Shown here piece after piece: positions 49,351-62,707 of a stretch of DNA of 64,000 bases. The position numbers and the translations under genes were made by a program. Each line of letters begins with the position of its first letter. The first letter of the stretch is position 1. Origin of the DNA: Somniosus microcephalus (taxonomy: Eukaryota). Under the pieces are notes generated by a model. That model saw only the letters and a program-made list of their open reading frames with translations, was not told the origin of the DNA and did not search any database. The stretch spans positions 84,196,001-84,260,000 of the forward strand of contig CM126217.1 in the NCBI GenBank assembly GCA_052327205.1, given 5' to 3'.

Positions 49351-52147
49351 AAAGTAACTCAATGCTGTTGAAATATCGAGCTGCTTCGCAGGATCTACAA
49401 ATTCAACTTGCATATCATCCATCAGGACAAGGAGCGAATCTGAACAAACCGCCACTGGAATTAGGAGTGAGCCTTTGGCACATTGCCGCCTCTCAGCCAG
49501 ATGGTGCAGGTTTCGAACCGCACTCCAGACAGTCCCGGCAAATGGAGTCGGAGTTTCAGCTTTGAATTCTGAGTTGACATCAGCGGGATACTCGCATCCG
49601 GTGGGTTGTGGGAGCTCATAAAACCCTCCTGCCATATAGGACTGACCACCCTATCAGCTGGTATAAAGATGGTTACGGCCATGGAAGGAGCGTTAATGCA
49701 GCCAGACAGCCTGCAAATCCTTCCCAAAGGGAACAGCGAGAAGACACGAAAAGAAGAAGCCACTGGAATTGTAAATGGAGTCCCTTTCAGTCACCAAGTG
49801 TGTACAGCCAGAGCCAAACTGACAAAACTAAACCCATTAAATCAAAGAAAGAACTTGCATTTACAATCAAGCATCGAAGCATTGCCAAACACAACCTATT
49901 TCTAGCTTTGCATTTCTACTTGAGAATTTGAACACTCTCCATTCACAGTTCCTTGCATACAAGTCCAGAATATAAGATGGTGTTTAGCTTAGCACTAAAC
50001 AGCATTACTTGAACAATCCCACTTACAGAGGTGACAAGAATGGCTGGAATGGAAAATGGAAATGGCACTGATAGAGTAGGAGAGCTGTTCTGAGGTCAGA
50101 ATTAAAGGTCCTACGACTTCTCTGCTTTGGGGTATTTACTGAACCCTAGAAACCCTTTGTTAAGCCACCACTTGTTTCATGTCACCCACAGCAGAAGCAC
50201 ACAGCTAGAACCCAAATATAAGTGGCAGAATTAATGATAGATAGTACTTGTTCCCTCATATAACCAGCAGATCACATTTTTCTTCATTGTAGCCGAGGAC
50301 AGCACTGTCAATCTTCTGGTTTATGTCTTCTGCTCCCTTCTTGTTTTAAAGAATTTTAAAGCAGAAATCATAAATTTCGCCACAAACTCTCACACCAGGG
50401 ACGATGCCTAAAACCATCTCCAATCACTACAATCTTGCAGCAGGTAAGGTAATGACACTAATGTGCAGACATGTCAGGCAGTACAATTTGCTTGCAAATA
50501 ATGAAAACAAATGACAGCAGCTTTCAGGGTCCAACATCAATCTGTCAAACTGTAGATACACAGCTTAAACTACACCTAATACATGCTAAACTGGACCAGA
50601 GATTGTTGGATGAGAAGAAGGAAAGATTTAATTCCTCAGTACTGTTCTAGCAGGACTAAATTCTACTTGCCTCTACTGATATTGATAGAGACCATTTTAT
50701 TTTCAGCTTTTTTTGTCTGAGCTACCTTTATCATGTTTATCATTTATAACTGTGATAGGTTATCACTTATAAAGATAGAAATGACATTCAGTTCTTGTAG
50801 TTTACTGTACACTATCTGGCAATAAGCTCTTGTGTATTTTGCAAGTAATTATATTGGGGGGAAAGAAATGGAAGTAATTTTATGTGGCCTGGTAACTATT
50901 GTGGTATAGCACTCCTAATCAGAGGGTCAAGTATTTGAATCGCAGTGATAGTCCCCCCTCATTGGGGATTTTTTTTAATGCTATCGTATTATTACACCTT
51001 TCTAATTTGAGGCTAGGGATGGAGAGGAAAGGAGTGCGATAAGTCGAGCTGTCATTGTCTGAACAGATGGTAGGAGACAGTAGATGTTTCTACTTAATAA
51101 AATGTGAATAAATCTTAAAAGGGCACTTTATAGTCTACCAAAACAAAAGAAATAGAAAAGAATGTTATCACTAATAAAATACTGAAATTTGCATGGTCTA
51201 GTTTTACAAATCCAATCATCTATCAAAAATCATGAATTGCGAGAAGTATTTGTATAGGCCTGACCTTTTAATCAAATTTAATATCTTGCTCAGAAGAGTA
51301 TATGGACATTTGAAAACCAGTTTGTCTTTGGGAAGCCACATTATTGCATAATTGAAAATAGGATGAAGGTAAAGGGCAAGCAAATTAGCATTTCATGTAT
51401 TAAAACCAAACAATGGCTTGTGATAACAGAAGAGTTCAGTGAATTGCAAATGAGTGGAGTTGGAGACTGCAACCAAAAAGATAAGAATAGGAAAAATGGC
51501 AGATTAATTTCTGATGCAGCATTTCAAACTGAGCGTCTTTATGTCCTCGTCCCATTTGCATCAATGATGTCTTATTTTGATAAAGATTAATTTTTTAACA
51601 GCGCCAAGCCTGCACATTACTATAATATGAAAGACAGAGATGTGCCTGTCGACAGAGTGTACCGCGGTTGAAACCATATGTGTTCACAACAGATGCCAAG
51701 GAAAGGGTCTACTCGGCACGCCACTTCGCAGCTGGTAATAGTTTTTTGATGGTATTGAGATGCCAAGATCAGCATCCAGGACTGGTGAAGGATACTGATC
51801 CTAGTGCAACAGAATGACTACTAATGGATTTGCTGCATACATCAGCAAAGAGGCTCTTTAACAGTCAGGAGATTGAGCAGAGCAGGTTGCCATCATGTCC
51901 TGTGCCTGAGAACATTTTGAAATTTCTCATTGCAATTTAGAGAAATGTAAAAAAAAGTTAGTTTAGCCGTATTTATTGGGATACTTCACACTGAGAATGC
52001 TTCCACTCAAAGTATTGTTCTCATTTAAATCTAGGTCAACATATTGATAGATGTGGATGCTGTAATGAAAATTGTTAGTATTCAGAGTTGCTTCTATTCA
52101 AACAGCAAAATCTGCGATCAATTGCCATTGGGATTTCTAATGGATGG

Positions 52148-55100
52148 TGTTGTATTTGTACCGCTATACACAACTACATAAAATAATAAAGCAGCAGAGA
52201 CTGAGAGTAACTTCAAGTGATCTTTCCTGGGTAACTGGAACTTCGGCACTGACTATACAAATCGATACGCGTCTGTTATATACGCTCGCAACTAAGGATG
52301 TACATCCACAAAACAAAGTAGTCCCTTCACAATGTTGTATACATTACACTTCCTCCCCCTTTAGTTTAATAGTATATTAACGCAAAATTTCTATAATTAA
52401 CATACAGAGCCTGTCTTTACAGTAACCTTTTTGTTTTCTTAAAAGTAACAAAATTCAAATTCCAACATAACATTTTATTTTGTCAACAGCCCTTTTACAA
52501 GTCAAGTTTCTGGGGAGGCCTCCTCTGCCTCTCTGGGTAACGTCTCTCCAGACTCTTTTGCTTTGGGGAATGAGACTGTACAGGTACATTAGGTGAGCTA
52601 TCAGCACAGGTAGAGCTCTCAGCTGTGGATGAGGCTGGTGCTGATGCTGATGAATCAGCAGTGTCTGTTTCCATGTCAGGTGAGTCTGGGCGAGGTATAG
52701 GGGTGTTTTCCACCTGAACATCCTGAATTTGGTCCACATGACATCTCAAAACGTTCTCTCCCACATCCACAGTATACATCAGTGGTCCCTCTCTTGTGGA
52801 TATTGTCCCTGGTTGCCACTTTTCCGTCCAGAAATCACGAGCAAGAACTGACTGTCCCACACTGAAGCTTCTTGTTGGCTTAGCATTCAAATGTTTGAAC
52901 TGTTTGTTCTCTACACCACGACGTACATTCGGTTTAAGAAGGTCCATGCGAGATCTCAGGTTCCTGTTCAGAAACATCATCGCTGGAGTCTGATTAGTGG
53001 CTGCGTGTACTGCGGGAGATTGTCTATCAAAGAGGAAATTGTCTATCTTGTGTTGCAGTGGTAGATTCTCACTGTACATTGCTTTGATGGCCTTCTTGAA
53101 AGTCTGTACGAATCTTTCTGCCAAGCCATTTGTAGCTGGATGGTACGGGGCAGATGTGTAGTGCTTGATTCCATTTTTCCTCATGAAACCTTGGAATTCG
53201 TCAGAGACAAATTGTCGTCCATTGCCTGTGCAGATTTGTTCTGGTAGGCCATTTCTAGCGAACATGGTCCTCAGAACTGAAATGGTCTTTTCAGATGTGG
53301 TTAATTTCATTTTAATGACCTCGGGCCATTTGGAATGTGCATCGACTGCAATCAAGAACATGGAGTCCATGAACGGTCCAGCAAAGTCGATGTGCACACG
53401 TTGCCATGGTGATGAGGGCCATTCCCATGGATGGAGAGGGGCTTGTGGTGGTGCGTTCTGGACCTTTTGACATCCTGAGCAGCTCTTTGTCAGGTCCTCG
53501 ATTTGTTTGTCAATTCCCGGCCACCACACGTAACCACGGGCAAGGCTTTTCATCTTTACTGTACCTAAGTGGCCTTCGTGCAGTTCATCTAGCACTCAGT
53601 TACGAAGCTTGGGAGGAATCACAACTCGTGAGCCGCACATCAGTGTTCCCCGACACACTGATAACTGCTCCCTCCTAGCTGAGAATGCTGGAAACAATGA
53701 GTCACCATGCGCTGGCCATCCCTTCACAGTGATGTCATAAACTTTTGACAATGTAGGGTCATTGCGTGTTTCTCTTTCAATGAGGGAGTTTGTCACTGGT
53801 AGCTGCTCAACTATTGTTGTGTGAAATACCTCTGCTGAGTCAACTGTTGTAGTTCTCTCTGAGGTCGGCAGTGGTAAACGTGACAAACCATCGGCGTTGC
53901 CATGTTGCTTGGTCCCCTTGTATTCAATGTCATACAGGTGAGCCCCTAGGAAGAGTGACCATCGCTGCAGCCATTGTGCCGTCATCACTGGAACGCCCTT
54001 CCTTGGGTTGAAAATTGAAATGAGAGGCTGGTGGTCAGTTAACAGTGTAAACTGTTGACCATACAAGTAGTGGTTGAATTTCTTGACTTCCCACACAAGG
54101 CTGCGGGCTTCTCGGTCAATCTGTGCATAATTGCGTTCAGCTGTATTCAATGAACTTGAGGCAAAGGCTATTGGTCTTTCTGAGCCGTCTGGGAACTTAT
54201 GTGACAACACGGCACCAATGCCATGGGGTGAAGCATCACATGCCAGTCGAATAGGTAAGGATGGTTCAAAGTGAGCTAGCACCTCTTCTGAAGTAATGAG
54301 TCTCTTACTCTCTTGAAAAGCTTGTTCACAGCTGTCACTCCACTTCCATTGTGACCCTGTCTGTAGCAGTGCATTTAGTGGATGTAACACTGTGGATAGG
54401 TTGGGCAAGAACTTGTGATAGTAGTTCACCAGTCCAAGATATGATCTCAACTGAGACACATTTTCAGGTGTTGGTGCATTAATCACAGCTTCAATCTTGT
54501 CTGGAGACTTGTGTAAACCATCCTTGTCAATCACATGTCCACAGTATGAGATTTCCTTTTTGAAAAACTCACACTTGTCTCGGTTCGCTCGGAGCCCATA
54601 TTCCCGTAACCTGATGAGCACCTGTTCGAGGTTGGAAAGGTGGTCATTGTCATTCTTGCCAGTAATGATGATGTCATCAAGATAACACTGAGTACCTGGG
54701 ATCCCCTGCAGGACTTGGTCCATTGCCCTTTGCCAGATTGCAGGAGCTGGTGCTATTCCGAATACCAGCCGATTGTACTGGTAAAGGCCTTTGTGCGTAT
54801 TTATTGTCAGGTACTTCTTTGATGCATCATCAATTTCCATTTGGAGATAGGCCTGGGCCAAGTCAATCTTTGTGAAGCGTTCCCCTCTTGACAGGGAAGC
54901 AAAGATGTCCTCGATGCGAGGCAATAGGTACTGCACTGTGTGGAGGACTGGGTTAACAGTCACTTTAAAGTCTCCACAGATGCGCACTTTTCTTGGCTTT
55001 CCTGGTTTTGTGCTGGAGGTTTTCTTCATCACTAGAACTATAGGTGTGGCCCATTCACTCCAATCCACCTTGGACAGGGCCCCTAATTGCTCCAAGTTCT

Positions 55101-56918
55101 CCAGCTCTGCTTCTACTGAAGGGCGAATTGCATAAGGCACTGGTCTGGCCTTGTGGAACTTTGGATTTGCGTTCTCCTCAATCTTAATTTTTGCTTTCAT
55201 GCCCTTAAGTGTTCCTATTCCCTTCTTGAACACTTCCTGAGAGTCAGAGAGTATTTGTGACAGTCTCTCAGGAGTGGCGTTGCTGTCCTCCTTTGCTGAC
55301 ACAAACAGTGCTTGGATGGTGTGCCAATCCAACTGTATTTTCCTGAGCTATTCGCGTCCCAACAATGGTGGTCCTCCATTTTTCAGTACATAGAGGTTCA
55401 ATTGCGGTATTTTTTTTTCTTTGTATGTCACTGTCACTTTTATTTTACCTTTGGGGCACACTCTTTGTCCTGTGTATGTCTTTAACAGTACTTTAGTTGG
55501 CCTTAGCGGTATGTGTGAAAACAGTCGTTTGTAGTCATGTACAGAGATCACTGTTAAAGCTGAGCCTGTGTCCAACTCCATTTTCAGCCTAACTCCTGCT
55601 ACTTCTGGAGTAACCCATATTATTCTGTGATCCCCTGTCTCTTTCACACTGTGTAGTTTTAGACAAGCCAGATCCTCTTCCTCTGAGTCTGTCACTTTTT
55701 TCTTTATCTGAACTGTCTCCAGTCATGTGGTGTACCTTCTTGTATCTATCTTTGAAAGGTTTCTTGTTTTCAGTCACTTGATGTACCTTTTTGTTACTCT
55801 GTATTGTATCAGTTTTCTGCTTCTTATTTGCTTTGCAGACTCTTTCAATTTGCCCTCGTCTGCCACATTGTTTGCAGTCTTTATCTTTAAACCAAGTGTC
55901 ATTGTGGTCATGTGACATTTTGCCACAGTGATAGCACTTCTTTTCTTGTTTCAGTGACATTTTATTAGTTGAATATTCCAGGGATTTTTGTTGAATTTCT
56001 AAAGCGCCACGTGCTGCTGCTTCCATTGATATTGCAATACTCAGAGCCTTCTCCAATCTGAGGTCTTTTTCAGACAGGAGCTTCTTTTGTGTGCTTTCAC
56101 TTTGCATGCCACACACAAATCTGTCCCTCAATGCGTCTGATAAGCCCACTCCAAATTGGCAATGTTCTGATAATTTGTGCAACTTTGCCAAATATTCAGA
56201 AATGCTTTCATTTTTGCTCTGGTTCCGTTTATGGAATTTAAATCTTTCGGCTATGAGCAGTGGTTTGGGGCTTAAATGGTCTTGGAGTGTGTCCACTATT
56301 TGTTTGAATGTTTTGTTTGCTGGCTTTTCAGGGGTTAATAAACTACGTAGCAGCCCATATGTCTTTGCACCCATAACACTCAGCAAAACAGTGGCTTTCT
56401 TTTCTACCTCCACTCCGTTAGCCTCACAGTACAACTCCACTCTTTCAATGTAAGTTACCCAGTCTTCAATGCTGCTATCAAATGCTGCAATCGTGCCAAT
56501 CATCACCATTTTTTTTCCAAACCCGTTTTTCTTTCTTTACTAGTTAGCTAGCGTCATGCAAGTCCTGTGCACTTTTCACTTGACTTACGTATCCCCTGCC
56601 TAGCTTAGCAAGCGTGCTCCATTTTCTCTACCTTCTCGCTCCTTTCTTCCAAATTTCGGTGTCCTCTGGATGCGATGCCAGAATAGGAAGACGTAGGTTC
56701 ATAATTCTCGTCGCCAATTTGTTGTGTTTGTACCGCTATACACAACTACATAAAATAATAAAGCAGCAGAGACTGAGAGTAACTTCAAGTGATCTTTACT
56801 GGGTAACTGGAACTTCGGCACTGACTATACAAATCGATACGCGTCTGTTATATACGCTCGCAACTAAGGATGTACATCCGCAAAACAAAGTAGTCCCTTC
56901 AATGTTGTATACATTACA
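52148..56918 (-). mobile_element. Full-length Ty3/Gypsy (Mag-like) LTR retrotransposon, decayed (element 5)
   Basis: LTRs 56720-56918 (5') and 52148-52348 (3'); TSD GATGG; PBS at 56707-56716; PPT at 52349-52363. Confidence 0.97.
52495..56509 (-). pseudogene. gag-pol of element 5 with a frameshift (about 55695), two stops and an integrase D->G change (CTGNG)
   Basis: ORF pieces 55589-56509, 55348-55695, 53596-55332, 52495-53595; protein closely similar to element 3. Confidence 0.93.
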
Positions 56919-57518
56919 GATGGCATCATCACATGAGTCCCAGTGGAGGGTAGATGCAAGCAGTACCTTGCTTGCTTCCAGAGGGTCGGAGAACTGGCAG
57001 ATCCAGGTTCTACCCAAAGTGAATGCCTGTCTGCCCAGTTGTTGCTTGTAATCCTTGCATTTTGCCAAAACCCTGGCAGATTTGGCGGAAGTCTGATTGG
57101 TGTTTATTTTAATTTTGGAATAATTCTAAATGTTTTAGATATACAGTCCCCACCGCTTATAGCGGGCGCATTCGTGTGAACGCAATTTGCCTGCTATACG
57201 CGGTGGCCATTGGGTTAGATCAATTTCAAGCTGAATTTACAAGCAGAACGCTGGTGATTCTCCGAAGTAGCGGTCAGGAAGTGGCCCCTTGCAGGCAATC
57301 TCTCCACATTTGCTCCAACTGGTTATCTATGTTCAATAAATTGGAGATAAGTAAAGGGAGTCCTAACAGAGTGCATTGTAGGAACTGGCTGTTTTTGTGT
57401 CGAGGATACGGCAAAAATATTTTACATTTACATAATTCTGAAATGCCAATGATTGTGATAATGGGCCAGAACTTGCTGGAGTGGGGCGTCTCGTGGCGTG
57501 ATCCATCAGTTAGACTCA

Positions 57519-57940
57519 TTAGGTTGGAGAAGCTGGATTTGTTTTCATTAGAGCAAAGGAGGTTGAGGGGTGATTTGATAGAGGTGTAGAAGATTATGAC
57601 GGGTTTGGATAGGCTAGATGGGGAAAGGCTGTTCCCACTAGTTGATGGTACAAGGACTAGGGGACACAGATTTAAGGCTTTGGGCAAGAGATACAGGGGG
57701 GACGTGAGGAAAACCTTTTTTACACAACGAGTGGTGAGGACCTGGAACTCGCTGCCGATGGAAGTGGTGGAAGCGGAGACACTCAATGTTTTCAAGGGGA
57801 GACTGGATAGGCACTTGAGGGAAATAAACTTGCAGGGCTATGGGGATAGAGCAGGGGAATGGGACTGACTGGATTGCTCTGCAGAGAGCTGGCACGGACT
57901 TGATGGGCTGAATGGCCTCCTTCTGTGCCAATATGACACT
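57519..57940 (+). mobile_element. CR1/HER1-type LINE 3' end
   Basis: RLEKLDLFSLEQRRLRGDLIEV*KIMTG...; same family as 7641-8203. Confidence 0.88.
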
Positions 57941-57941
57941 A

Positions 57942-58787
57942 TGAACTGGATTTTGATACTGGAGGCGTGTAGGAGGCGGGGCTACAAATTTTGGGGTTGT
58001 AGTCCCGCCTCCATCGAGTTGTGGCCAACCCACGCGATCTTCACTTGATTGACCTTGTTGAGCCCGCCCAGCGGGCTCAGCAGGCCAATTAAGGCCCACC
58101 CAGCAACATGTGATGTCACAGATTGACATTTCATCTGTCAAGGGCTTTTGACAGATGAAATATCAGCGTTTGACAGCTCCTTGAAGCTGTCAAACACTGA
58201 CAATCTGTACACTAAGTTAATTCCTTCCTCTCAGGCTGATTTAGTGATCTCTCCAGAACAGAAAGCTGAATGCTGCAACTTTTGACAGCTCGCGGCCATT
58301 CTGCTTTCTGTGCCGATGAGATGAGGGACTCCCGAGACCTGAAGGAAGGAAGGCTGTAAAGGTAAGTAAAGGTAAGTAAAACTTATTTAAACACTTTACA
58401 CACACCAAACACACTTACCTCTGCACTCATGCACCCATTACTCACCTGAACACCGGACATCTCGAACCCTCCAAGCCTTTCAGCCCGACGGTCCGCTTCG
58501 CTAACTTGGCGTGGTTTGGAGCCGTTGGGAATCCCACACTTCAGGGATAAAAATAGGGATTAGGCTAAAAACTGCCTGTTAACTACCAGTTAACAGGCAG
58601 TTAATTGGCACTAATCCCCTTCCCGCCTTGGGGGAGGCGGCTCGTAGCACAGGTCGGGTATCCACCTCCTTTAAAACTGGCATGGAGGCAGGTTGGGGGC
58701 GGGATGGGTTCGTGCCCCCTGATTTCACGATTTTAACCCCCCACATGCCTCCAATCCCGCTTCAACGGCCCAATGAAAATCGAGCCC
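57942..58787 (+). mobile_element. Family A repeat, copy 3
   Basis: Homology to 33945-34754, including both internal palindromes. Confidence 0.78.
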
Positions 58788-60169
58788 TATGACTCCATTA
58801 TTTTTTCCGGCACCCTTCAGCTCAAAAATGTTTTGTACCACAATGTGCTGGAAGTGTGAGCTGATAATGGTGTAGTCAGGGCAACAAAGCATCTGGGACC
58901 TTAGTAAACAGTGGAATCAATAGTGTATTTTCTTAACCAATGAGATTTAAAGGAATGAGAAAGAAACAGAAGATCGACTGAGAAGGAGGGTGAATCAGTG
59001 TCAAATCAAGTACAGAAAGAGGGAAAGAAAGATTGGATTAAGAAAGAGAGAAAAAGAGACAAAGGATAAGTAAGAACAAAACTTTGACATTATTTTAAAT
59101 CTCAGAACAATTTACCGCCTGAAGGAATGAAATTCCACAATTTAAATTGTTCAGTTTCTGGGCTAGAGAGGGCGATGGGCGTTGCATGAACAATGATCAT
59201 GTCATTAAAAAGGTACTTGCGCTGTTCATTACCAGACTTAACTTTCTGTGGTGAATTTAATGGGCAATTAATGTGCAAATCCAGCAAGTTCTTAAAAATA
59301 AGGGGGAGGCTAAGGGCGAGATGCTGTTTTTTGCAAAGCAAACGACAGAGCAGCGTAAATCGACCAGCAAGCTCTGGAGATTCACAATTCAAGCTGCAGC
59401 TCTTAATCCCCTGAACTTGCTGGCCGATTTGCACGTTAATAACAGCGCGCGTCATTAACACACCATTATTTTACAAGCAAGATCCAGCCCATTATTGTAG
59501 GGCTCCCCTTTTGACGCTGATAAAAGTTGCATTGAAAATTATTACTACCCAGCAGGCACTAGGTGTGAAATTGACGAAGCTTGAATAACAATCCACAAAC
59601 TTACTGTGAAATTTGACAACGAGAGCAAGAGTGAGAGAAAGTATTACAAAGGATTGGAGTCACTAAAATCAGTCAGTCATTGAAAGTTCAATAGTCTGGG
59701 CATGTGTGCCAGAATCATTTGCAAACCTAATTACAAAGAATGAAGTGGAGATTGCCTTTTTAAACGTGCCTGCTGCTTTCTCTTGCAATGCTTTAGATTT
59801 GGGGAACAGCTCCAACGACAGCAGACGAATGCAACAATACAGCCACCACAGAACTTAATGACAGATATTCGCACTTTAACAAACAGCTGCAAACAGTTGC
59901 TAAACTGCCCGAAATAGCCGGCCCGCTTAATATGGTATAAGCGCTGTCTTTGTAATTAACACCAATGGTAATGGGAAATAGTCAGCGCCATTTGCCAGAT
60001 GTAGACTGTATTCCTGTACGCGTTCTTGAGCCCTTTATTCATGTGTTTCATGATTTTGAATTGTTGGTCAGAGAGCGTTTCTAGAGAGACACTGAATTGC
60101 TGAGTGCTGCCCACAACCCCTTATCCCCATTCATATCACTGAAGCGCAACTAAACAGGCATTTGAAAGC

Positions 60170-60425
60170 ATAAAACAGGAAACTATGGATGATCGGAGAA
60201 AGAGATGAGATAGAGTAGAGTAATGTGAAGCAATCCCATGGAGCTGGATTGCGGAGGAGGATGAAATGATTGACTGTGTCAAAAGCCATGGATAGGTTGA
60301 AGAGTGGAAGGAGAGATAGTACATCACAATCGCAGCCAAAAAAGATATCATTGGTGACTATGCCCAGGGTGGCCTCAGTACTGTGGGCAGAGCAGAAATC
60401 AGACTGAGAGAATTTAAACAAGAAA
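60170..60425 (-). mobile_element. Degenerate L2 RT fragment
   Basis: SQSDFCSAHSTEATL..VTNDI....DC..LSLL.LFNLSMAFDTVNH.ILL. Confidence 0.75.
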
Positions 60426-60831
60426 TGGTGGAAGACGTGAGTGCAAAGCTGGGTGGTGACACTGAGGCATATAGAACAGAGAAGAAAGGGGGAAAAGGAA
60501 AACTTACAAAAGCTTTGAGAAAAAAAGTTGGGCACAGAGACCCAAATACTGCAGTGAGAAAGGTGTCGGACAGCCATACGGAGATAGAAAGAATGGAAGA
60601 CAAGACAGAGACACAGAGAGCAGCACAAATAAACAATGAGTGGGAAAGTAGCACAGAAACAGAGCGAAGATTTGTTTTTGTCTATGAGCAATGTATGGGA
60701 GATCAACTATATTATACATTGTGTGTTACTGCTCCTATCATCATAAAAAGTGTATTGCCCGACTCACTGTAAGCAATGCCATTCATTAGTCTTTTGTCAA
60801 ATAGTCTTTTGTCTAGTGTACATTTCGTCCA

Positions 60832-60891
60832 TCATACTTCTAGAATGGCATTTCCATTGTCATACTTCTAGAATGGCATTTCCATTGTCAT
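60832..60891. repeat. Perfect tandem duplication of about 28 bp
   Basis: TCATACTTCTAGAATGGCATTTCCATTG x2. Confidence 0.9.
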
Positions 60892-60991
60892 TCTTTGAAC
60901 CCATGCAAATTTCTGTATAGCAGTTCCACTTTATTGACTGAAATTTCATATTCATAAAACAGCAACAAATCTCAACTGAACGGGTGGAGAA

Positions 60992-61238
60992 TGTGATGAA
61001 ATATATGCCTTCATCAGCCCCTGTGTTTTACCTGCTTTGTATTGTGTGTACCGCCCCCTTTTTCCTATTGTGTGTATTGGCTACGCCCCTGTCTTTTGTC
61101 ATATAAAGGTCTCAAGAGCTGTATGAGTCATTCTATCAGACGAACCCAATGTGGAAAGACCTGCAATGTTCTTAGTGATTAAAAGTCTTCAGTTGAATCC
61201 TTTAAACTCCTTGTCTTTGAGTTATTGATGGCACATCA
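60992..61238 (+). mobile_element. Solo LTR (247 bp) of a family related to element 4
   Basis: TGTGATGAAAT ... GTTATTGATGGCACATCA with TSD GAGAA; shares termini and TCTTAGTGATTAAAAG with the element 4 LTR. Confidence 0.88.
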
Positions 61239-61620
61239 GAGAACATAGCAAATATAAGCATGCAAAATGGTACATAAACATCCAATGAAAACTTACTATA
61301 GCCACATGGAAACAACCATCAACAATAAACAGTCAGCAAACACTACCAATAAAAATGGTGGACTGATGAAATTGGTCCAGATATTTTTTGAAAATCCACA
61401 CGACTGCTACCTTGGACTATTACTAAACTGACAAATGTGTTATTAAAATGAAGGTTTGTAGCAAAATAAGGTTAACAAAAAAAATAAGTTGATTAAACTT
61501 ACCTATACAATGCCACTTTTTTTTCTTTTAAAATTAAATCTAACAATGTTTTTCTTCAGAAGCATGTCCTTCGCTGTCGTAGCCTAAAGCTTGGGCTCAT
61601 GGGGCTTCCCAAAACACTCA

Positions 61621-62464
61621 GGGGCGATTTTGCCAGCCCTGGGGAGGCGGGTATGGAGGCGGGACTGCCAGGAAAATGGCAGAATTTGGGGGTGGGTACC
61701 CATCCCGCCCCCAACCTGCCTCCGTGCCATCCCCCCAGGAGGCGGGTACCTGACCCATGTTGGGAGCCGCCTCCTCAAGGTGGGAAAGGGATTAGTGCCA
61801 ATTAACTGCCTGTTAACAGGTAGTTAACAGGCAGTTTTTTGAATAATCCCTATTTTGCCACCTAAAGTGTGGGCTTCCCAACAACTCCGAACCTCGCCAG
61901 GATTGGTGAGGCGAGCCGTGGGTCTACGGGGGTTGGAGGGGTCGGGATGTCCGGTGTGCAGGTGAGTGATGGGTGCATGTGTGCAGAGGTAAGTGTGTGA
62001 GGTGAGTGATAAGTGTTTTAAAAGCTTTTCTTACCTTTGCTTCTTCCTCCAGGCTTCATCCCTTCAGGTCTCGGGAGGTCCTCAGCTCACCAGCAGAGAA
62101 AGCAGAATGGCCGCTGCATTCTCAAATGCAGCAGCCTTCTGCTTTCTGCTCAGCAAGGCTTTCTAATTGAGTCTTGAGTAAAGATTCAACTTAGAGAACA
62201 GATTGTCAGTGTATGACAGCTTCCCAGAGCTGTCAAACGACGACAATTCATCTGTCAAAAGCTCTTGACAGTTGAAACATCACTCGCTGACGTCACCAGT
62301 AACCGGCTTTCCCTTAATTGGCCTGCTAAGCCTGCTGGGTGGGCTTAACAAGGTCAATGAAGGGAAAATAGTGTGGGTTGGCTGGACGTCAATGGAGGTG
62401 GGACTAAAAACCTGATAAGCAGCAGTCCCGTCTCCATCACGTCCCCATTGGCAAAATTACCCCC
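61621..62464 (-). mobile_element. Family A repeat, copy 4
   Basis: GGGGCGATTTTGCC ... GGCAAAATTACCCCC terminal inverted ends; homologous to the other copies. Confidence 0.82.
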
Positions 62465-62707
62465 ATAGTGTCAGCTGAAGAGGCTTAGCAAGATAGCAGG
62501 CTATAATTCCCGATATGAACCTAGATTTTTGTTCCTTGGATTGACTGCAATATTGGGCATTCACAGAGCCAGCTGTGACTTGCCATTTCTAAGATGTACT
62601 GCTTCCCAGCACATCCAACAGTGGAGAAACAGTGATGGGGCCAACAGCTACAGAAATCATTTTAAGGAGCGGTGGAAGTAAACGTTTTTTGTGTGTTTAA
62701 AAACATT

